IMG/VR virus record: IMGVR_UViG_3300015171_000003 | DNA: 64,000 bases | Strand: one strand, 5' to 3' | Origin: a virus | Taxonomy: Duplodnaviria; Heunggongvirae; Uroviricota; Caudoviricetes | In this document: positions 36,902 to 46,880 of the stretch, one piece after another | Position numbering within the stretch: position 1 is the first letter of the stretch | Layout of the letters: every line of letters starts with the position of its first letter | Notes under the pieces: generated by a model | Database searches by the model: none | Told to the model about the DNA's origin: nothing | The model's input: the letters and a program-made list of their open reading frames with translations, nothing else | Program-made: the position numbers and the translations under genes

Positions 36902-37108
36902 TCATAATTCATTTTCATTGATTGTTTTTTGCATAAAATATTTTTCAATAATATCTAAAATACAAGAGTCTTCATATACATGAATTGTTATTCCATTAAA
37001 TAAAAGATCAGATGTTTTATACTCAGAATCTTTTGCAATTTGTTTTACTCGAATAAATGCATTAAAAATATCTTCGCCTGTATTAGAATCATATAGTTCA
37101 TCACTCAT
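36902..37108 (-). CDS. hypothetical protein
   Basis: 68-aa ORF. Confidence 0.3.
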   Translation of the reverse strand: MSDELYDSNTGEDIFNAFIRVKQIAKDSEYKTSDLLFNGITIHVYEDSCILDIIEKYFMQKTINENEL

Positions 37109-37716
37109 AAATTTATATTATATTCTTTGATTTCACAATTTTGCGGAGTTTTCATTTTATCAAATTCAGATGGTGTTAATTTATTAATGTACATATCAAT
37201 TACATTCATTAAAAATCCATGAGTAACTAGTAAAATTGGACCGGAAATTTTTGTAGATAAATCGAAATTTCTCAAGTAATTAAAAAATGTTGTGACTCTT
37301 TGATAACAGTCCACTCCATTCTCACCATTTTTATACTTGAAATAGAATTTACTTCCATATTCTTTCAATTCATTAACATATTGTGGGAAATCAATTGAGT
37401 TATAAAAATAATAACAAGTATGTTCAATTAACAATGGATTAACTTCGAAATAATTAATATTAATATCAGCTTTTTTTAAATATAGTTCTAACAAATCAAA
37501 TGTCTGTACAGTTCTTAAATATGGTGAACAAAAAACATTTATATGGCTTATATCTTCACCAAAATTCTCAATTATTTTTGGAGCTTGTGTATGAAAATAT
37601 TCAATTCCTTCTACAGATAAAGGAACATTTTCATCTTTCATTGTGTCATAAACATGTTTATTATGTCCATTTGCAATACTTCTTGCGTGCCTTAATGTAA
37701 AAATAGGGACAATCAT
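37105..37716 (-). CDS. histidine phosphatase superfamily (PGAM-like) protein
   Basis: RHG-type motif LRHARSIANG near the N-terminus and a distal LVTHGFLM. Confidence 0.55.
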   Translation of the reverse strand: MIVPIFTLRHARSIANGHNKHVYDTMKDENVPLSVEGIEYFHTQAPKIIENFGEDISHINVFCSPYLRTVQTFDLLELYLKKADININYFEVNPLLIEHTCYYFYNSIDFPQYVNELKEYGSKFYFKYKNGENGVDCYQRVTTFFNYLRNFDLSTKISGPILLVTHGFLMNVIDMYINKLTPSEFDKMKTPQNCEIKEYNINL

Positions 37717-37982
37717 AAAACTGATTTCAAATATGGAGAATCCTTATATTCATCCAAACTCATTCCAAGTAACCATGGATGTACAACATTTAAAAAAGCT
37801 GGGTTACTAACAATCATTCTTGAAAATTCAAATCCACTAGGAATATAACTTCTACCAAAAAATTTATGTTCAAATAAATAATAAAATACATCTACATCCG
37901 TATCATAATCAGTCCAATATATCTTTCCTTGAATAACAGCAACCAATTTTCCTCTAAACAATTTCCTAAAAATATTTTTCAT
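37713..37982 (-). CDS. hypothetical protein
   Basis: 89-aa ORF. Confidence 0.3.
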   Translation of the reverse strand: MKNIFRKLFRGKLVAVIQGKIYWTDYDTDVDVFYYLFEHKFFGRSYIPSGFEFSRMIVSNPAFLNVVHPWLLGMSLDEYKDSPYLKSVL

Positions 37983-38707
37983 ATTAACCTTTTTAATGAA
38001 ATATTACAATAATCTTCATTTTTGTCAATCCCAATATAGTTTCTTCCCAAATTTTTTGCAGCTAAACATGTAGTGCCACTACCCATACAATTATCTAATA
38101 TCAATGCATTTTCATTAGAATATGATTTAATTAAATATTCCATTAATTCAATTGGTTTTTGGGATGGATGCAATCGTTTATCAGAATTATTATTAATATT
38201 ATTAATTTTTAATATAGAAGTAGGAAATCTTTCAGTAGACCCGCCTTCATTATACACAGAATTCACTTCGCCATATGTATTACTTTTATCAGTTCTTTTA
38301 CATGGATGTACTGGAGTATGTCCAGAAGTTTTTTGAGGATTAAATACTCCAAATTTTTTATAAAATACTAATATAGATTCGTGTTTTCTTAATGGTTGTT
38401 TGTTAGCATTTAAAAATCCCGTGGAATAATTCTTTTCCCATATTAAATCATATCTGAAATTCTTAATATTAGAAATAATTAATTTTGTTCTGAATGGTTC
38501 AATCGCAGTCAATATAACATTTCCTTTTAATTTAATTATTCTGTTGTAACTTTCCCACAATAAATCTAATGGAATCATAACATCCCATTCTTGTCTGGCA
38601 GTTGTTCCATATGGTAAATCACATAAAATTAAATCAATTGATTCATCTGGTATTTGTTTCATTAATTCTAAACAATCTCCGTGATATAATTTGTTAATTT
38701 CTAACAT
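37979..38707 (-). CDS. beta-class N6-adenine/N4-cytosine DNA methyltransferase (orphan)
   Basis: Motif IV DLPY near the N-terminus and motif I DNCMGSGTT near the C-terminus; no adjacent restriction endonuclease. Confidence 0.8.
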   Translation of the reverse strand: MLEINKLYHGDCLELMKQIPDESIDLILCDLPYGTTARQEWDVMIPLDLLWESYNRIIKLKGNVILTAIEPFRTKLIISNIKNFRYDLIWEKNYSTGFLNANKQPLRKHESILVFYKKFGVFNPQKTSGHTPVHPCKRTDKSNTYGEVNSVYNEGGSTERFPTSILKINNINNNSDKRLHPSQKPIELMEYLIKSYSNENALILDNCMGSGTTCLAAKNLGRNYIGIDKNEDYCNISLKRLI

Positions 38708-38708
38708 A

Positions 38709-39137
38709 TCAATGAACTGTATTCATTCTACGAATTACTTTATCAGCAATTTCTTTTGTTAATCCTTCTCTAATTTCAGTTTTAACTACAATATCTTCCA
38801 TCCAATCATCACTTATATCATCAATAGCAACATATCTGTCTGGTGCATACATCTTGATCCATGCATAGATCTCTACACCACGATCAACCCCCATCCACTT
38901 TCCATTATATTCTTTTCTCAAATCGGGTATACATCCAAATATAGTTCCTGTGAATCCATTAATCTTCAAAAGTTCTCTAAGTGCATCTACCCCATGACTA
39001 ATTCTCCAACTAGAAGAAACAACAACCATAGAATTTGTTTCATGTACAATTCTATTAAGCTGTTCTATACATTCTGGAAGCCAATATCCTTTAGGTGTAT
39101 TTAAAACCCCGTCAAAATCTAAAAATATAATATTCAT
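38709..39137 (-). CDS. HAD-like phosphatase (PNK-phosphatase / 5'-nucleotidase-like)
   Basis: Motif I IFLDFDGVLNT. Confidence 0.5.
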   Translation of the reverse strand: MNIIFLDFDGVLNTPKGYWLPECIEQLNRIVHETNSMVVVSSSWRISHGVDALRELLKINGFTGTIFGCIPDLRKEYNGKWMGVDRGVEIYAWIKMYAPDRYVAIDDISDDWMEDIVVKTEIREGLTKEIADKVIRRMNTVH

Positions 39138-39149
39138 ATGATATTTTAT

Positions 39150-39569
39150 CTATTCACAATCTTTAAATTTTTCTCTTAATTCCAAGTATTTTTGATATTC
39201 ATCACTTTTCTTTTTTTCTTTAATTTTCTCATCCATTTCTTCTGCTAAAGCATCTTCTTTCTTTTTAAGATCCAGTTTATTTTTAACAATATCGTTAACA
39301 TTTCTCCATAAATTTGACAAATCAAAAAGATGACAATCATTAACATAGTCTCCAATATTACTGAAAATTATTTCTCCATAACAAAGAATTGTAAATTGCA
39401 AATCTTGTGTAGATTTATTTTTTAAAATTTCATTTTCAAATTCAAATTGAGAAATTTTTTCAACAAGAGAATTAAATTCATCTGTTTGAAATATTTCTCC
39501 AAATGAGATGCTTATATTACTTCCATCATAATAGCCATCGGGTCTATATACAAAAACAGTGTATTTCAT
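39150..39569 (-). CDS. hypothetical protein, tandem paralog of 39584..39910
   Basis: Both start MKYT(V/L)F(V/Y)YR and share the GEIFQ(T/S) motif. Confidence 0.4.
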   Translation of the reverse strand: MKYTVFVYRPDGYYDGSNISISFGEIFQTDEFNSLVEKISQFEFENEILKNKSTQDLQFTILCYGEIIFSNIGDYVNDCHLFDLSNLWRNVNDIVKNKLDLKKKEDALAEEMDEKIKEKKKSDEYQKYLELREKFKDCE

Positions 39570-39583
39570 AAAATAATGATATA

Positions 39584-39910
39584 TTAATTGTTATAATAAT
39601 TTTTATAATTTTTAAATACCTCATAATTAATTCTATCATATAAATTTTTTAAAGTCAAAAAATATTCATCAGAAAGATCTTCTTTAATATAATCACCATC
39701 AATCTCAGTACAAACTATTTGGGCATCAAACATTATTGTAATATCAGATACCGCAATTTCTGGTCCACTATTCATATTTTCACATTTAATCTCAATAATC
39801 TTATTTGTAAATTCTTCAAAATTTAAACTCTGAAAAATTTCTCCTTCGGAATTACTGGATTTATCTTCACAAGAACAATTCTTTCTATAATAAAATAATG
39901 TGTATTTCAT
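39584..39910 (-). CDS. hypothetical protein, tandem paralog of 39150..39569
   Basis: See 39150..39569. Confidence 0.4.
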   Translation of the reverse strand: MKYTLFYYRKNCSCEDKSSNSEGEIFQSLNFEEFTNKIIEIKCENMNSGPEIAVSDITIMFDAQIVCTEIDGDYIKEDLSDEYFLTLKNLYDRINYEVFKNYKNYYNN

Positions 39911-39918
39911 ATTTTTAA

Positions 39919-40887
39919 TTATTTTACAATAATTTTTGACATATTTTTAAACAACATATTAAGCAAAACATGGTGTTCCTTAACAATTAATTCTTCACCC
40001 GCACCATTGCGACAAAGATCATCAAAATCAAACCATTTAACTTCGGAGATGTCATCTGATGCTTGAGGTCTACCAAATAACAATTTACAATAGAAAAATG
40101 CAGTTTTAATACAATCTTCTCCATCTTTAGGGTATCTCCAGTCCAAAATTTTAGTACTTCCAATATAAACAGGATCACTAATTTCACATAATCCAGTTTC
40201 CTCCATCACTTCTCTTTTAGCATCATCTTCCAAAGAATTACTTCTAGGGTCACTAAAACCTCCAATAAATCTATGTTTATCTTCCTTTGGTTTCTTACCA
40301 AGAAGAATCTTAGTAAAGTCTTCATTAAAGATTGCTACATCTACAGTTTGATAAGCAGTAGGATATCTACTCTGAGTAGAATAAATCACGCCTGCCCTGA
40401 ATTCTGGCGAAGCAATGGTCTTTGCAGATATAGTCTTGCGCATCTCAGTTCCAGAAACAAAAACATCGCTTTCTAATTCAATTGTTTTATTTTTTCCATT
40501 ATAATATTGAATAAAACTATCTCTACTTCCATATAAAGTTATTGTTTGGCCGGGATTTAAATGTTTTGAAATTTGATCATCTAAATTTTTACTCCAATCA
40601 GAATCATCTTTGACATCATTAATATAATGAATCTCCAAATCATCTTTGGGAAATTCTTCGATTAACATTTGTTTGCGAGCATTAAAATCTAATGGATTCT
40701 TTTTTGTGTTTCTTACTTCACTCAATCCCAAAAAAATAATAACTCTTTTGTGATTATTAATTACAGTTTGAATTAATTTTCTATGAGCGTCATGTAATTT
40801 ATGCACTTGCATTCTACAAACCAATCCACCAACAACAGTATTTTCTTTTACTTCTTCCTTAACCTTCAATACATTTTTAGTAGTCAT
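39919..40887 (-). CDS. nadM: bifunctional NMN adenylyltransferase / Nudix hydrolase (NadM-Nudix, NatV-like)
   Basis: N-terminal nucleotidyltransferase motif RMQVHKLH (compare NadM RFQPFHKGH) and C-terminal Nudix box GGFSDPRSNSLEDDAKREVMEETGL. Confidence 0.65.
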   Translation of the reverse strand: MTTKNVLKVKEEVKENTVVGGLVCRMQVHKLHDAHRKLIQTVINNHKRVIIFLGLSEVRNTKKNPLDFNARKQMLIEEFPKDDLEIHYINDVKDDSDWSKNLDDQISKHLNPGQTITLYGSRDSFIQYYNGKNKTIELESDVFVSGTEMRKTISAKTIASPEFRAGVIYSTQSRYPTAYQTVDVAIFNEDFTKILLGKKPKEDKHRFIGGFSDPRSNSLEDDAKREVMEETGLCEISDPVYIGSTKILDWRYPKDGEDCIKTAFFYCKLLFGRPQASDDISEVKWFDFDDLCRNGAGEELIVKEHHVLLNMLFKNMSKIIVK

Positions 40888-40888
40888 A

Positions 40889-42289
40889 TTATTTTAATTC
40901 TGCGTTTTTACGAATATCTTCAAATTTTTGATCAATCAATAATTCGCCATTTTCATAAACAGTTACTAATTGATCTTCAAGTTCTGGATATTGATCTTCA
41001 TTAACAGTAGTATATACTCCATCAATAATAACCAACTTCAAACGACCTTTTTTACTTATCTTTCCCTGATCTGTAATTGGATCTTTATAAACATCTCTAC
41101 CTTCGCCACCAACCTTTGCCCAACAGCATTTTGTCGCAAATTTTAATGTATCTCTATTTAAATCCTGCAAAAGTTTTCCACCACAGCCAAACAAAATATT
41201 GTCTGTACTATATCCACTATTAGTAATATTATCTAAAATATCTCCAATCGATTTGTAATTAACAGAGTCTCCATAAATAACACCAACCTTTGGATTTAAT
41301 GTTTTATAACCCTTTTCATTTACAGTCGTTCCGAAATATTTTTCAAGATTTTGAATTACTTCAAGACTCATTTTCACAGGATCTCCACTATCTGGGCGAA
41401 CAACCAATTTTGCAAATCCCGTCTTTTGTCCACGAGCAAGAATTTTATCTTTGAGAGTAGTTCCAAACATTTTGATTGCTTCGTAAATGTTATAAGAATC
41501 ACTTACCAAAGAAATAATTCCTTCTGGACATTCATCAATAAATGTTTCATACGCTTTACACTCATTTTCCCTACCATAAATAGTAGTTGTGCTATGTTCC
41601 GTAGCAAATACAGAATGTCCGCACACCCCACTATTATAGTATCCCATAGCAAGTTTAATCCCCGCAAAATTATCTGTTCCCAAGAAATTTATTAAATGTG
41701 CTGCTCCTCCAAGACCAGCACTTTCGGGAGAACTAACACCTCTAAATCCAAAATCATTTAAATGAAATGGACTAAGTTTACATCCAGTTTTATCAGCATA
41801 AGTCTTAATTCTCTCTTTAATTTTTCTACTAAGAGTTGCTACTGTTGTCGGATACCAAACTTCAAGCAATAGTGTTTCAAGAAAATTTGTTAGCCAAGGA
41901 ACTTTTTCATCAGTATTTTCAATAGTAAACAAAACATTTTTAGTAGGAACAACCGAACCTTCTATTACGGATTTTATTCGAATAGGCAGAGCACCTTCAT
42001 ATTTGTTAAGGATATATTCCCAACCTTCTCTGTTAAAAAAATCTTTTGTTCCAAATACTTGTTGACAAAACTCATCAGCTTCATCAATAAATTTTTGATT
42101 TACAATTTTTCCACTCAAATAATTCTTTAAAAAATATTGTAGTCCAAAGAATACAGTATAATCAAAAACTCCTCCCCTAGATTCTAAATAAGAATATACA
42201 ATTTGTGTGTTTTTGGGGTACTGCCTGAAATGGCACATTTTATAAGCATCACTATTTAAAATAGCATTATCAAATACATTCTTCATCAT
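40889..42289 (-). CDS. nadV: nicotinamide phosphoribosyltransferase (NAMPT/NadV)
   Basis: ILNSDAYKMCHFRQYPKNTQIVYSYLESRGG matches the NAMPT N-terminal signature (LLATDSYKVTHYKQYP...VYSYFE); 466 aa. Confidence 0.85.
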   Translation of the reverse strand: MMKNVFDNAILNSDAYKMCHFRQYPKNTQIVYSYLESRGGVFDYTVFFGLQYFLKNYLSGKIVNQKFIDEADEFCQQVFGTKDFFNREGWEYILNKYEGALPIRIKSVIEGSVVPTKNVLFTIENTDEKVPWLTNFLETLLLEVWYPTTVATLSRKIKERIKTYADKTGCKLSPFHLNDFGFRGVSSPESAGLGGAAHLINFLGTDNFAGIKLAMGYYNSGVCGHSVFATEHSTTTIYGRENECKAYETFIDECPEGIISLVSDSYNIYEAIKMFGTTLKDKILARGQKTGFAKLVVRPDSGDPVKMSLEVIQNLEKYFGTTVNEKGYKTLNPKVGVIYGDSVNYKSIGDILDNITNSGYSTDNILFGCGGKLLQDLNRDTLKFATKCCWAKVGGEGRDVYKDPITDQGKISKKGRLKLVIIDGVYTTVNEDQYPELEDQLVTVYENGELLIDQKFEDIRKNAELK

Positions 42290-42387
42290 TATATCTTTCT
42301 TTTATGTTAATTTCCAATTTCTCATCTAAATCGAGATTTCAGAAAATAAGCAATTTTAGTTGCTTACAAATATATATTACTCAATTT

Positions 42388-43029
42388 TTAAGAAAACGTC
42401 AACTTTTTTTCATTTTTATATTTTTCAATGGAATTATAATCTAATTTCAAAATTCTTCTTTTCTTAAAATTTCTATACCCCGAAGGAATAATTGTCACAA
42501 CAGTATTATTTTCTACAAGTGCCAAATGATTATTTTTTATTGGTAAATTACAAGTTTTTAAAGTCTGTATCAATTTCAAATTCCCATTTGTAAAAATTTC
42601 TGATCTGATTTTGGAATCATCCATTCCCAATTCTTTCTTACAATATTCCAAATAACTAAAATCACGATCTTGTTTAGTTTTCCCATCAAACTTTTTTGAA
42701 ATACCACAAACTCTTTGCAAATATCTAATTTTAGCATGTAATGAAATAGTCGGAATTTTACTCAATTTATTAGTTATCTCTCTTTTTTTATCTCGCAATT
42801 CATCTAATTTCAAATTAAAATCATTTTTAATTTTCTGAAATTCTTTATATTCTTCCACATCTTCAGACTTTAATTCAATCAATAATTTATCTATTTCAAT
42901 AACATTATTCCACAAAATCGACATTTTATTATCAACTAAATCCAATTCAGATTTCAAATCTAAAACTGGATCTAACATTTTAATATTTTCCATACAAAAG
43001 AAATATAACAAATATTTATAAAAAGTCAA
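42388..43029 (-). CDS. hypothetical protein (the track start is TTG directly after the upstream stop; the likely ATG lies about 36 nt downstream)
   Basis: 213-aa ORF. Confidence 0.4.
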   Translation of the reverse strand: MTFYKYLLYFFCMENIKMLDPVLDLKSELDLVDNKMSILWNNVIEIDKLLIELKSEDVEEYKEFQKIKNDFNLKLDELRDKKREITNKLSKIPTISLHAKIRYLQRVCGISKKFDGKTKQDRDFSYLEYCKKELGMDDSKIRSEIFTNGNLKLIQTLKTCNLPIKNNHLALVENNTVVTIIPSGYRNFKKRRILKLDYNSIEKYKNEKKLTFS

Positions 43030-43308
43030 TTACTTATTTTTACTTTTTGATTTATTTATTCTCAAGCATTTGTTTTTAGAAGTGAATATATTTTTGATAT
43101 TACTTTTCTCATAAATTAGTTCCAAAATATTTCCACTAGTAGCACTAAAAGGCAATTCCGTATCAATTGATATTTTATATTGACTTTCTAAATTCCATCT
43201 TTCATAAAAACATACTATTGATGGATTCATCTGCACAACATTATATTCATCACACAATTTATGTAATTTCTCAAAAAATTCCGTTTCTTTTTTAATAGAC
43301 TTTTTCAT
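43030..43308 (-). CDS. hypothetical protein
   Basis: 92-aa ORF. Confidence 0.35.
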   Translation of the reverse strand: MKKSIKKETEFFEKLHKLCDEYNVVQMNPSIVCFYERWNLESQYKISIDTELPFSATSGNILELIYEKSNIKNIFTSKNKCLRINKSKSKNK

Positions 43309-43312
43309 ATTT

Positions 43313-44026
43313 TTATTTTGGTAATATCAAATAATTTATATCAAGAATGGTTTTCTCAAATTTATAATCAATAGACTCTACAAATTCTTCATAATCCGAA
43401 AAGGATGTTTTAAAGAAATCTTGAAATTGTTCTTCATATTCAAATATAATTGGCATTTTATTTCTCAGAATAGTTTTCTTCGCACCTTTCATTGCTAATA
43501 AATCACATCCCTGAATATCGATTTTCATGAAACCAATTTTCTTTTGAATATCAAGACTGTCTATAGTGATTGTTTTTACTACCACATCTCCATTAGAAGG
43601 ATCTTTTGTTGGTTTTAATCCAAATGCACCATATGATCCATACGAACGATCCATATGATGACTAGGAAAAATTACTTCTGATTTTGTGTCATCATATACA
43701 GCACCATAAAATGGAATAATATTTTGTATATCATTAGCATTAATATTTTTAACTAAAATACTAAAAATAAATTCTTGTGCCTCAAAACTATAAACCATTC
43801 CTGTTTTGCCGCACATTTTTGAAAACAAAATACTCATCTGTCCTAAATTTGCTCCTATATCTAAAACAACATCACCTTCTTTTATATATTCTTTTGCAAC
43901 ATCCACTATTTCTTTTTCAAAAATAATTCCATTTTTAATGTTATCTTTTATAACATCTCTATGTAAAAAAGTAGGAATATAATAACTTCCATGTGCAGTT
44001 TGTACAAAATCAAGATCACTCATCAA
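43313..44026 (-). CDS. FkbM-family SAM-dependent methyltransferase
   Basis: VVLDIGANLGQMSILFSK. Confidence 0.6.
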   Translation of the reverse strand: MMSDLDFVQTAHGSYYIPTFLHRDVIKDNIKNGIIFEKEIVDVAKEYIKEGDVVLDIGANLGQMSILFSKMCGKTGMVYSFEAQEFIFSILVKNINANDIQNIIPFYGAVYDDTKSEVIFPSHHMDRSYGSYGAFGLKPTKDPSNGDVVVKTITIDSLDIQKKIGFMKIDIQGCDLLAMKGAKKTILRNKMPIIFEYEEQFQDFFKTSFSDYEEFVESIDYKFEKTILDINYLILPK

Positions 44027-44478
44027 ATTTTACTAAGAAGTTTCAATTGAGAACGATAAATTAAAGATTTAGCTTCTTCATTAGAAACCCAACGAAATTT
44101 ATCATTTTCGGGATATTTTGTTCCATCAATAAGAGATTTGCAATGTAATTTCTTTGTTCTTAGCATACCAAACTCGTCACTTAGATAATACACATAAACA
44201 ATTTTCTTTTCACCCATACTATGATAATGCAAAACATCTATGGGAGAATTACTTATATTAAATCCTAGTTTTTTAAGATCCAATCCAGTTTCTTCATGAA
44301 CCTCGCGATATGCAGCATCTTTTGATGATTCATTACCATCAATTTTTCCTTTTGGAATACCCCATCTGGTATGTTCATAATTAATTTCCTTACCAGAATC
44401 AAGTCCCTCCACATCAGTTGAATGACATAGTAATATCTTCCCATCACTTATAATTAATACACCAGCAGATTCGATCAT
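44023..44478 (-). CDS. Nudix hydrolase
   Basis: Nudix box GKIDGNESSKDAAYREVHEETGL. Confidence 0.75.
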   Translation of the reverse strand: MIESAGVLIISDGKILLCHSTDVEGLDSGKEINYEHTRWGIPKGKIDGNESSKDAAYREVHEETGLDLKKLGFNISNSPIDVLHYHSMGEKKIVYVYYLSDEFGMLRTKKLHCKSLIDGTKYPENDKFRWVSNEEAKSLIYRSQLKLLSKI

Positions 44479-44517
44479 TTTAATATTTTATATTAAATAA
44501 ATAAAAAAGTCAATAAT

Positions 44518-44985
44518 TTATTTATTAATTTCGGAAAGCTCTCCATATAATTCTATATCCATTTGCCTATATTTAATATCCCACAATTCATCAAATATAT
44601 CAAAATCTCTCCTGCAACACGATCCATTTTTTACAACATTTGCCCAAGTTGGATTTATCTTTTCATCAAAACATTGTTGATAAAGTTTGCGCAACCTATT
44701 ATATTTTTCATAAAAAAATAAAAAAACTATTCTGTTATCATCTTCTGTTTCAAAATTTAAATGTGGAAGAAGTTTATTTATAGCAATATTTCCCAAATTA
44801 AAATATCCTTGTGTTGCCTTTTCATTAATAGATAATCCTGTTTTTGGATCGACCCCAAAATAATTTTTTAGATTTTTGAATGCAAAAGAATAAACTAATT
44901 CTTCTATTGTAATTGATAAATCGTGAATTTCAAGTTCACAAATAAAATCTTCAAATGGTTTGTCTGAATATGAGTCGTCTAACAT
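44518..44985 (-). CDS. hypothetical protein
   Basis: 155-aa ORF. Confidence 0.4.
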   Translation of the reverse strand: MLDDSYSDKPFEDFICELEIHDLSITIEELVYSFAFKNLKNYFGVDPKTGLSINEKATQGYFNLGNIAINKLLPHLNFETEDDNRIVFLFFYEKYNRLRKLYQQCFDEKINPTWANVVKNGSCCRRDFDIFDELWDIKYRQMDIELYGELSEINK

Positions 44986-44991
44986 ATGATT

Positions 44992-45297
44992 TTATTCATA
45001 ATTATTTTCTATATATAACAAAAGTTCTGGAATATGATTGTCAATAATTATGTTTAGTGCAATATCTTTCATATCTCTATGTCGTATTAACATGAATTCA
45101 AAAAACCTTTTCATTTGAAATACACAATTAATTAAATTTTGTTTTAATGAAACACCATTATAAAAAACTATAATTTCAAATTTTTTATTAACAATTTCTT
45201 CTTTTATTGTAAAAAGAGCCTCCAAATTTCTTTTTCTTATATATAAATAATATTCTCTATAATCATTTATCTCTGTTGTAGTCATATATTTTTCCAA
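44992..45297 (-). CDS. hypothetical protein
   Basis: 101-aa ORF. Confidence 0.35.
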   Translation of the reverse strand: MEKYMTTTEINDYREYYLYIRKRNLEALFTIKEEIVNKKFEIIVFYNGVSLKQNLINCVFQMKRFFEFMLIRHRDMKDIALNIIIDNHIPELLLYIENNYE

Positions 45298-45560
45298 TCC
45301 TCACCATTTTCATTTTTAATAACCCAATCATTTCCTAAATGAATTCCATCAGAAGATTTAAATTTTACTGTTTCTGAAAAAATGTCACCGCCTATTGATA
45401 TAACATTTCCATTAGGATCGCATGTTCCCCAAGACCCAATAACTTTGTGATCCCCATATCTTTCTAAAACAGTTTCTCCACCAGTAAATATTGGTTTGGG
45501 GGTTCTATTAAATAAATTATAGAAATATGTCTTTACTTTATTAAATATATTTTTCATCAC
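45282..45560 (-). CDS. hypothetical protein
   Basis: 92-aa ORF. Confidence 0.35.
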   Translation of the reverse strand: MMKNIFNKVKTYFYNLFNRTPKPIFTGGETVLERYGDHKVIGSWGTCDPNGNVISIGGDIFSETVKFKSSDGIHLGNDWVIKNENGEDWKNI

Positions 45561-46087
45561 AAATTTTTATATAAAATTTTATCATTTAAATGAAAAGATA
45601 TTTTATCTGAAGAAATTCCTTTGTCAATTAATTCTTGTGTCGTTCCAAGTAATATAAACCCATTTTTAATATAAAAATTTTCAGAAGTATCTGTAAACAA
45701 ATATAAATTTTTTGCGTTATTATTAATTTCTTTTAATTTTTTAATAGCTAGAGATAATATCATACTACCAAATCCTTTTTTCTGATATTGTTTTTTTACT
45801 CCAAACCAAGAAAGCCAATCAACTAACTCATTTTCTTTTAAAATGTGATTGTATAACCCGAATGTTCCAATTAATGTTTCTCTAAACCTATTTCCAACAA
45901 TTAATGTTTTATCATAGACCAAATATTGTTTCCGATAATCTCCAAATTTTAATTTCTTTTCTAAAATTCCACAATATTTTGCCATTGACAAAATAAAACG
46001 ATCATGATCCTTTCCAAAATTAATATTTTTTATTAAAGAAACATAATCTTCAAAATCTTTAGATTCTTTTATTATAAAATTATTCAC
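45557..46087 (-). CDS. GNAT-family N-acetyltransferase
   Basis: Motif A QKKGFGSMIL. Confidence 0.55.
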   Translation of the reverse strand: MNNFIIKESKDFEDYVSLIKNINFGKDHDRFILSMAKYCGILEKKLKFGDYRKQYLVYDKTLIVGNRFRETLIGTFGLYNHILKENELVDWLSWFGVKKQYQKKGFGSMILSLAIKKLKEINNNAKNLYLFTDTSENFYIKNGFILLGTTQELIDKGISSDKISFHLNDKILYKNL

Positions 46088-46880
46088 AACAATTTTTCAA
46101 ATTTAAATACAACTCATTCATTTTAATATCATCTTTCACAATGCCGCTCATTTGTCCATCATTTATTTCTATCAGTATCCAATCACCTGCTTGTGTTTTT
46201 GCAATATCAATTACAAAGAAATCAACATGGTCAGAAATAATATCAGCAATCTTTTTTGCAAATGACATTCCTTCATCATCTAATAATCCAACTTTTTCAC
46301 TATTTGACCAATAGAAAAAATTAGTAAGCATTGTCTTTTTATAAAAGAAAAATCTGTGTTCATTAGAGAATGGAAGTCCACTTATAGAAATTTCCAAATT
46401 TTCTAATGGAACAAAATCTCTAACAATAATTCCTTGACTAGAAATCATAGGATCATCCATCAATTCATGATAAACATCAACAACTCTTTTATATCCTTTT
46501 GCAAACATTTTAGTGTTCCACTTATGTTTAGAGGAATTTGTCCTTCCTTTGACCACAAAAGATTTATCTTCATCCTTTGGAACTTCAACTAAATTAAAAT
46601 AAGTTTTTGGAGTAAAATCCTTTACATGTTCATAATAATCAAAATTGGCAATGTAAGTATGTTAACTAAATGTATTAATCAATTGACATCCATGTTTTAT
46701 CAAGTCAATCTCTAATTCTTTGTAAAATGGCCGAACGGAATATCTCCCAATAACTAATTGCTTTTTACAATCTATTCTACTATTGACTACTTCAAAATAT
46801 TTCTTGGCAACAAAATATTCTTTATCTGCTTCATAGATATTATCTACAAGATTTCTGTATAGTATAATTGGAGATTTCAT
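46080..46880 (-). pseudogene. ATP-grasp enzyme gene interrupted by one in-frame TAA (at 46662-46664). It is either a pseudogene or a read-through gene.
   Basis: Track ORFs 46662..46880 and 46080..46556 are in the same frame, and the 35 codons between them have no other stop. The inter-ORF codons encode the ATP-grasp P-K-T / FVVKGRTNSS lysine region; the C-terminal part is WILIEINDGQMSG; the downstream track start is GTG. Confidence 0.5.

Noticed and set aside
42388-43308. ORFs 43030..43308 and 42388..43029 abut in the same frame, which looked like a third stop-interrupted gene
   Set aside because: The downstream ORF's track start is a TTG immediately after the TAA. The next 12 codons are AT-rich intergenic-like sequence, with a plausible ATG (MENIKM…) about 36 nt further on. 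No domain spans the junction. One third of adjacent same-strand genes share a frame by chance.
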